A DNA stretch of 64,000 nt from an uncultured virus (IMG/VR IMGVR_UViG_3300035235_000742) (Duplodnaviria; Heunggongvirae; Uroviricota; Caudoviricetes; Crassvirales): the IMG/VR virus record IMGVR_UViG_3300035235_000742, one strand, 5' to 3'. A program made the position numbers and the translations under genes. Of the stretch, positions 58,897-64,000 are shown one piece after another. Positions within the stretch are counted from its first letter, which is position 1, and every line of letters begins with the position of its first letter. A model generated the notes under the pieces. The model searched no databases. It saw only the letters and a list, made by a program, of their open reading frames with translations, and was not told the DNA's origin.

Positions 58897-60312
58897 TTAT
58901 TGTTTTATTATTGTTGTGGCGCCTACAGAAACATTTGGAGCTACGTATATCTTATAATCTATATTTGACCAAAATCCTGGCAATGAGCTTACTGCCAAGG
59001 TTATTCCGGCGTTAAATAAGTTTGCTGCAGGATCTCCTGGTGAGAAACTTCCCCCTATATCTCCAGCATTAAGAGTTGTTTTAAACCAGCTTGTTTTGTC
59101 TGGAACTTTATCGTAGAAAGCAAAATAAAAATAACCACCAAAATTATTTGTAAATGGTATTGATATATCACCAACGCTATTTGCTACAACTTTATTCAAA
59201 GAACTAGTATTAGCTGCCCAAGCATTTATTAAAGCTTGAACCGCTGATGGGCTCTGATAAGTTGCCGATTGACCATAAAAATAAGGGTAATACCCTGTAA
59301 CAGTTCTTGTGGCTGACGAAAAATTATTTCTTGCCGCTTGTGGTTTGTTAACACCATTACCTGGCGTTCTAGTATCATCTACACCTTTACTGTCTTTCTT
59401 TGCGAGTCCTTCGTCATAGTCACCTTTAGAAGTATAACTTACAGTTGAGGATGTGTTATTGCCAGTAGGAGCTGGCATTGTAAAAGTGTCAGAATAGTTT
59501 TCAGAGTAAGACTGATTAGCCCTGTTGGGTGATGCAAACGTAAACTGAGGATCAAATGCTTGCATTAAACCTGCGTTTACTATTGTCCCAGCTGGATTAC
59601 TAACAGATGCTAGTTCAGTACCATCTCTAGAAACTTGTAACCTAGTGTAAACTCCCGCATCATTTTTAATAGCTCCATAAACTAAATTAACACCAACACC
59701 AACACCAACTTCTTTAGCGGGTATACTTGTTGGACTTAAACTTCTTGTGCTTATACTGTAGTCGGGTAGTACTGTTGGGAATAATAATGTATCCCACATT
59801 AATGAGTTTGTATTTTCATTTATAGAAGATAATAGAGTATTAGCTTCAAAACCACCTACTTTTTCAACTGTTGCAGGATCTCCTGTCAATGTTGATTCAT
59901 ATACTATATTTATATTAGCCGTTGTAGCTGTAACTGGGTCTTGCTCTACTTTAACACCGTTTTGGTAGTTTATAGTATTAGCAGGGTCTACAGTGTCTAC
60001 TGTATTCTTTTGTAATGACACACCGCCACCACCACCATCGATGTATTCCAACGCGTCTTCAGCTTGATTAACAGCTAAAACTTGACCTGCTGTTCCAAAC
60101 CCGCTTATCCCAGTTAATTGTATGCTATTTCCAGTTCCTAAAGATATAGGCTCTATAGTAGTTATGTTCGATTGAACATACTTCATTAATTGATCTAAGT
60201 CAGTAGTTTTTGTTTTAAAATTAGGATCACTACTTAGCGCATCTGATAGTACTATCTCATCTTTTTTATCTAATGGAGCTTTCTTAAAAGGGTAAGTTGT
60301 TATTATTGGCAT
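58897..60312 (-). CDS. fibre/structural protein
   Basis: 471 aa; GTAGQVLAVN motif; C-terminal domain paralogous to the neighbour. Confidence 0.65.
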   Translation of the reverse strand: MPIITTYPFKKAPLDKKDEIVLSDALSSDPNFKTKTTDLDQLMKYVQSNITTIEPISLGTGNSIQLTGISGFGTAGQVLAVNQAEDALEYIDGGGGGVSLQKNTVDTVDPANTINYQNGVKVEQDPVTATTANINIVYESTLTGDPATVEKVGGFEANTLLSSINENTNSLMWDTLLFPTVLPDYSISTRSLSPTSIPAKEVGVGVGVNLVYGAIKNDAGVYTRLQVSRDGTELASVSNPAGTIVNAGLMQAFDPQFTFASPNRANQSYSENYSDTFTMPAPTGNNTSSTVSYTSKGDYDEGLAKKDSKGVDDTRTPGNGVNKPQAARNNFSSATRTVTGYYPYFYGQSATYQSPSAVQALINAWAANTSSLNKVVANSVGDISIPFTNNFGGYFYFAFYDKVPDKTSWFKTTLNAGDIGGSFSPGDPAANLFNAGITLAVSSLPGFWSNIDYKIYVAPNVSVGATTIIKQ

Positions 60313-61338
60313 TTATCTAGTTTTAATCTTGCCTAATGGTATTTTTAAAGAAATTTTATTTTCTTTTGACGTACCAGTGGTTCCAACTGTACCTAGTCCA
60401 TACCCTTCGGCCATGCTCATGTTTTTAGATCGTGAATAGTTTAAAGATATTCCAGATTTCTTATGTTTAACACCTACGTTAAATCCTGTAGTAAGTAAAG
60501 AGTTAGAAGATCCTGTTAAATGTTCTGGATTAATTCTATCAGGTCCTGCAAAATCACTACTACGTGATGGTTTGTTCCCAAGCGTTCTAGACATTGAACC
60601 TGTTACTCCAATATTAGCAGAAAGAGGTTTATTTTTTAATTTTTTAATATTATCTGTACCTATAGAAGAATTTAAACTTAATTTAGCGTATGGTTTTATT
60701 TTCTTTGTTCTTAAATTATTAAAGTTTAATCCACCTTCTATACTTAAGTTGTTATTAAGAGCATAATTTTTGTTTGATCTATTACCAGCACTTCTAGTTC
60801 CAAAAGATTGTTTAAAACCTGCGTTAAAATTAAGTCCAGTTACTTTTTTATCAAATTTACCACCTGAAGAAAGTTCTGAACCAGTGGTTAATCCACCAGT
60901 ATTTGGATCAAAAACCCCTTTTGTGTTGGGTACGTATGATGCTTTTGATCTAAGTAGTGAGTTTGGAGCTATAGTAAGGTCCGATACTATGTTAATTGGT
61001 CTATTACCACTTTTGTCTTTAGATGTTTTTAAATTACCTCTTGGTATATTTACCTTTATGTTAGTTCTATTAGTATTCATGATACCAAGGTTGCCTTTTT
61101 CTTTAGCACCTTCAAAAGACGGTGTCATATTCAACTTATCAAATGGATCTGTGCTTGAACCTTCCCACCCAGCGTTGCCTGTCTCAGCAATAACTCTTTC
61201 ACTTAGTGGTGTAAAACCTGAATTAGTACCACCTGACTGTTTAGAAACCTCAATAGTTGGCGTATCTATTAAATGCTTAGCGCGCTTCCTCCCTCTTCTT
61301 CTCTTCTGTATAGGATTTTGTTTCTGATCTTGTACCAT
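60313..61338 (-). CDS. hypothetical protein with amphipathic beta-strand-rich C-terminus
   Basis: 341 aa, first gene of the - arm. Confidence 0.6.
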   Translation of the reverse strand: MVQDQKQNPIQKRRRGRKRAKHLIDTPTIEVSKQSGGTNSGFTPLSERVIAETGNAGWEGSSTDPFDKLNMTPSFEGAKEKGNLGIMNTNRTNIKVNIPRGNLKTSKDKSGNRPINIVSDLTIAPNSLLRSKASYVPNTKGVFDPNTGGLTTGSELSSGGKFDKKVTGLNFNAGFKQSFGTRSAGNRSNKNYALNNNLSIEGGLNFNNLRTKKIKPYAKLSLNSSIGTDNIKKLKNKPLSANIGVTGSMSRTLGNKPSRSSDFAGPDRINPEHLTGSSNSLLTTGFNVGVKHKKSGISLNYSRSKNMSMAEGYGLGTVGTTGTSKENKISLKIPLGKIKTR

Positions 61339-61362
61339 AATTAGTTTTTTAGTCTTAATATA

Positions 61363-61390
61363 AGATATTACATGCGTTTACTCGTTTTTA
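61363..61390 (-). promoter_or_regulatory. class B promoter-like motif at the head of the structural arm
   Basis: TAAAaacgagtaaacgcatGTAAT on the - strand. Confidence 0.55.
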
Positions 61391-61413
61391 CCTATTAGTA
61401 TATAATATAAAAG

Positions 61414-61458
61414 GTGACATTAGCCCCTTACTATTCTAGATCTAAGGGCCTATTGTCA
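61414..61458. repeat. palindromic site, copy 2
   Basis: TGACATTAGCCCCTTA-N12-TAAGGGCCTATTGTCA (14/16 inverted repeat). Confidence 0.8.
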
Positions 61459-61661
61459 TGGTTTTAAAAAGAATAAAAGAAATAGGGAAGTATAGTGTAT
61501 CACCACAAAATTTTATTGTGTTTCATTTTAAAAAAACGCGATTTTGTTTTGCGGGTTCCCCCTTTTTCAGTGTAGAATTGCGTAATCGTTTGCCATTTCA
61601 ATACGATATTGCGCATACCTTTTACGTATTTACTATGGGCCCCACTAACTACCTCAACACT

Positions 61662-61699
61662 TTACAGATTTAATACGATGTTAAATGGATAATAATAGT
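61662..61699 (+). promoter_or_regulatory. class A promoter-like motif
   Basis: TTACAGATTTAATACGAtgttaaatgGATAATaatagt. Confidence 0.75.
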
Positions 61700-61722
61700 A
61701 TAAACAAATAAATAATTACAAT

Positions 61723-61971
61723 ATGATTAATAACTTAAAATATAATAAACTTAATTCAATTCTAAATGACAACTCTGAAATCCATTATATAATCGATTCA
61801 TCAGAATTCTTTTCAGAAAATAATATTAATCCTTCTCAATTTAATAATAATAAATTTATCTTATTCGAATATACATCTCACTTACCAGAAACTATTCAAC
61901 TATTAAACCAAAACAATATTAACTATTCTATTCATACTGACGAATTAGACTTACAATATATAATAATCTAA
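61723..61971 (+). CDS. hypothetical early protein
   Basis: 82 aa, N/I-rich, first ORF of the + arm. Confidence 0.6.
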   Translation: MINNLKYNKLNSILNDNSEIHYIIDSSEFFSENNINPSQFNNNKFILFEYTSHLPETIQLLNQNNINYSIHTDELDLQYIII

Positions 61972-62084
61972 CTAACTAATACATATCACTCATTATAATA
62001 AACATCTGATATTCAGGGTAAATTATAGAGGAGTCACGCGATACACCTAACAACTAATAATAACTAATAAATAAAACTACACTT

Positions 62085-62122
62085 TTACAAACTAAATACG
62101 AACTAAAACGGATAATAATAAT
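62085..62122 (+). promoter_or_regulatory. class A promoter-like motif
   Basis: TTACAAACTAAATACGAactaaaacgGATAATaataat. Confidence 0.8.
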
Positions 62123-62147
62123 ATAAACTAAATAACAAATATAAACT

Positions 62148-62390
62148 ATGAAAAATATAAATAATAACTTAACAACAAAAAGATTTGTAATAAGAAAATC
62201 TTTACTCGGTACTAATACAATAGTAACATTTACTAACAAAAAAGATATAACTTTTACTTATGATCACGACGAGATTTACTCAACATTTCAACAAAAGTTT
62301 GAAGAAATGGCTTGTTTTCAACAGTACAAATCTTATACAAATAGTAATACTGTTCCAAAATTCTGTAGAGAATTAAGTACTCAATCTTAA
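62148..62390 (+). CDS. hypothetical early protein
   Basis: 80 aa; RFVIRKSLLG...YDHD. Confidence 0.7.
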   Translation: MKNINNNLTTKRFVIRKSLLGTNTIVTFTNKKDITFTYDHDEIYSTFQQKFEEMACFQQYKSYTNSNTVPKFCRELSTQS

Positions 62391-62397
62391 AACTAAA

Positions 62398-62507
62398 AGT
62401 CGTAGTTGATAATTATACTTTAGCGACTCTAAACAATGTGAACATATAATTAAGTCTTAGTTGATAGTAATACTTTAGAGACTATAAATATAACGAACAT
62501 ATTACTC
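62398..62507 (+). ncRNA. two tandem 55-nt H-type pseudoknot RNA units
   Basis: Direct repeat with three compensatory base-pair substitutions across two helices. Confidence 0.7.
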
Positions 62508-62513
62508 AACACA

Positions 62514-62560
62514 TAACTGAAATGGTTGTAAGTGAGATTCGATTTCTCACTCAGTTACAA
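62514..62560 (+). ncRNA. tRNA-like mini-element (acceptor-like stem plus T-arm, no anticodon arm)
   Basis: TAACTGA-AATGGTTGTAA-GTGAGA-TTCGATT-TCTCAC-TCAGTTA-CAA. Confidence 0.55.
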
Positions 62561-62592
62561 ACTAAATACTATCCAAAGTGGATAATATAATA
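62555..62592 (+). promoter_or_regulatory. class A promoter-like motif
   Basis: TTACAAACTAAATACTAtccaaagtgGATAATataata. Confidence 0.78.
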
Positions 62593-62612
62593 AACTAATA
62601 AATTAAATAACT

Positions 62613-62813
62613 ATGTATAATTCAAATTCTCCTTCAAACTGGTCATGGAAAAAAGCTTTCGATGAAATGAACAAAACAGTAAATCAAGCTGAACTCACTC
62701 AGCAATCTATAAATCACGTACTCAATTATCCTGGTGAAGCTAATGGTGTCTTTATGACACTAAGTAAATCACAACAAGATGATGTTTACGATATACTAAA
62801 TCAAATATTATGA
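62613..62813 (+). CDS. hypothetical early protein
   Basis: 66-aa ORF. Confidence 0.65.
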   Translation: MYNSNSPSNWSWKKAFDEMNKTVNQAELTQQSINHVLNYPGEANGVFMTLSKSQQDDVYDILNQIL

Positions 62814-62944
62814 CTCATAACTTAAATACTACAATAGATAAAATAGCTTTATCTGAATTCAATACTCACTATGCTCAATTAGGTAATAATGAAAAACAGT
62901 GGTGTCATGATGAAATGATAAACAATGATAAATGGTTAAAATAA
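62810..62944 (+). CDS. small hypothetical protein (44 aa)
   Basis: Read manually; ATGA-coupled. Confidence 0.55.
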   Translation: MTHNLNTTIDKIALSEFNTHYAQLGNNEKQWCHDEMINNDKWLK

Positions 62945-62950
62945 ATAAAT

Positions 62951-63052
62951 ATGAAAAAGAAAACAGATTTTACTACAGATGGATTTGAAGTACTAGGTTA
63001 CTTTTTATTAACAGCAATAACAGTAATATTACTTGCTTACATCACAAACTAA
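62951..63052 (+). CDS. small membrane peptide (33 aa)
   Basis: Read manually; single TM. Confidence 0.5.
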   Translation: MKKKTDFTTDGFEVLGYFLLTAITVILLAYITN

Positions 63053-63079
63053 ATACGAATTAAAATGGATAATAATAAC
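63042..63079 (+). promoter_or_regulatory. class A promoter-like motif (leaderless ATG at 63080)
   Basis: TCACAAACTAAATACGAattaaaatgGATAATaataac-ATG. Confidence 0.8.
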
Positions 63080-63334
63080 ATGAAACATATACAAACAGAA
63101 AACTTAACAATAATACTATATCCTAATAATGAAGGTGGTAAGTTACAAATCTTTAACAAACACCGTAGTCCTTATGGTTACTCACCTCGTTCACTTATTG
63201 TATCTCTGTATGGTGTAGAAACAAAACAGCTTACGTACAACTATGTACAACAAGAAGTAGACAAAGTGTATTCTACTTTCAACTACGATGAAATACACGA
63301 ATTAATAAATAAAGTAAATAATGAAAATAAATAA
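63080..63334 (+). CDS. hypothetical early protein
   Basis: Start moved from 63065 to 63080 (position 39 of the motif). Confidence 0.65.
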   Translation: MKHIQTENLTIILYPNNEGGKLQIFNKHRSPYGYSPRSLIVSLYGVETKQLTYNYVQQEVDKVYSTFNYDEIHELINKVNNENK

Positions 63335-63464
63335 TATAGCTCCAATAATATTTGGAATACTAATGACTATGTTGATAGTATTTGCAACATCTTGTAAAAC
63401 TACACAAGATATAGTACACAATCACACTCTTAAATATCCATGTCCAACTTTTAAAAACAAATAA
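63321..63464 (+). CDS. small lipoprotein (47 aa)
   Basis: Read manually: signal peptide ending FATS-C. Confidence 0.55.
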   Translation: MKINNIAPIIFGILMTMLIVFATSCKTTQDIVHNHTLKYPCPTFKNK

Positions 63465-63685
63465 TGAAACTAACTAACGAAGAAAAACTTAAAATTACTT
63501 GGAGAGTAGTTGACTCACTATACGAAAAACTAGCTAACGAGCTAGAGTATGAACTTGAAGAACATAATGACTTCACAGAAACTAACGATGCTTACTTTTA
63601 TTTATTCGATGAAATGACTGTAAAGATAGTAAAGTATATGAGAAGTGAACTATTCTCTCCAAAAACTCATGAAGATTTGAAATAA
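63464..63685 (+). CDS. hypothetical early protein
   Basis: 73-aa ORF. Confidence 0.65.
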   Translation: MKLTNEEKLKITWRVVDSLYEKLANELEYELEEHNDFTETNDAYFYLFDEMTVKIVKYMRSELFSPKTHEDLK

Positions 63686-63686
63686 T

Positions 63687-63848
63687 ATGAATGATAAAGA
63701 AGCATTACAAAAAATAGTATATATTACTAATCATTATGTAAATAATACAGATTGGTGGAAAAGAGATAGAGAAGAATACATTGAAGAATTAATAAAATTC
63801 TTAGAAGAAAATGTAATACATGGTGCAATGGATAATAACTATAAATAA
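63687..63848 (+). CDS. small hypothetical protein (53 aa)
   Basis: Read manually. Confidence 0.55.
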   Translation: MNDKEALQKIVYITNHYVNNTDWWKRDREEYIEELIKFLEENVIHGAMDNNYK

Positions 63849-63856
63849 TAAACAAA

Positions 63857-64000
63857 ATGACAGAACAACAAGCAATTGAAGCAATCGCTAATGATATACA
63901 GGATGGTATCTACGGTTGGACACAAAAATGTGGAACAGAGTGGCAGAAGTGGACATACTCACTAATGCAAGCTAAGAAAATATATGAAGGTGATTTAATA
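63857..64000 (+). CDS. hypothetical protein, runs off the window end
   Basis: MTEQQAIEAIANDIQDG...; open to 64000. Confidence 0.55.
   Translation, partial: MTEQQAIEAIANDIQDGIYGWTQKCGTEWQKWTYSLMQAKKIYEGDLI

Noticed and set aside
61458..61673. 71-aa ORF in the divergence region
   Set aside because: Atypical composition, overlaps the palindrome and the first promoter motif; likely spurious.
62514..62560. Canonical tRNA gene
   Set aside because: Only 47 nt, with no D stem or anticodon arm and no encoded CCA; kept as a tRNA-like element.
61662..63079. Class A repeats as a CRISPR array or integron-like att cassette array
   Set aside because: Spacing is irregular (hundreds to thousands of bp), the repeats are non-palindromic with a variable core, no cas or integrase gene is present, and the fixed distance to ATG fits promoters better.
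1..64000. Stop-codon reassignment as in some crAss-like phages
   Set aside because: Long genes are intact under code 11, and TAA, TAG and TGA all terminate ORFs.

Overview
The window is an AT-rich dsDNA tailed-phage genome, possibly near complete, with two opposed arms. It probably infects a Bacteroidota/Flavobacteriia host: Shine-Dalgarno sequences are absent, translation starts are A/T-rich, and the head/tail module is crAss-like/podoviral. The + arm (about 61.7 kb to the window end, then 1-13.95 kb) carries many tiny early ORFs and a replication/nucleotide module. That module has an ATP-dependent ligase, HTH protein, sigma70-like factor, ERF, RecE-like exonuclease, SSB, T7-like primase-helicase, a thymidylate-synthase-fold enzyme with the dCMP-hydroxymethylase signature, MazG-like enzymes, an endonuclease I-like resolvase and a class II RNR. 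The - arm (14.0-61.3 kb) carries fibre-like proteins, GroEL/GroES, lysis genes, small basic proteins, terminase, portal, scaffold, capsid, tail proteins and a 3123-aa multi-domain virion protein. No DNA or RNA polymerase, integrase, canonical tRNA or CRISPR array was recognised. Most notable: (1) two tandem 55-nt H-type pseudoknots with fully compensatory substitutions, followed by an anticodon-less tRNA-like element, in the early region; (2) a 38-bp promoter-like motif in 7-8 copies, four ending exactly at an ATG (leaderless); (3) a second fixed-spacing motif TAAA-N15-GTRAT at middle/late operon starts; (4) a cytosine-modification-like gene cluster; (5) a palindromic site shared by the HTH gene start and the divergence region. 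All calls come from reading motifs by eye; no database searches were run.
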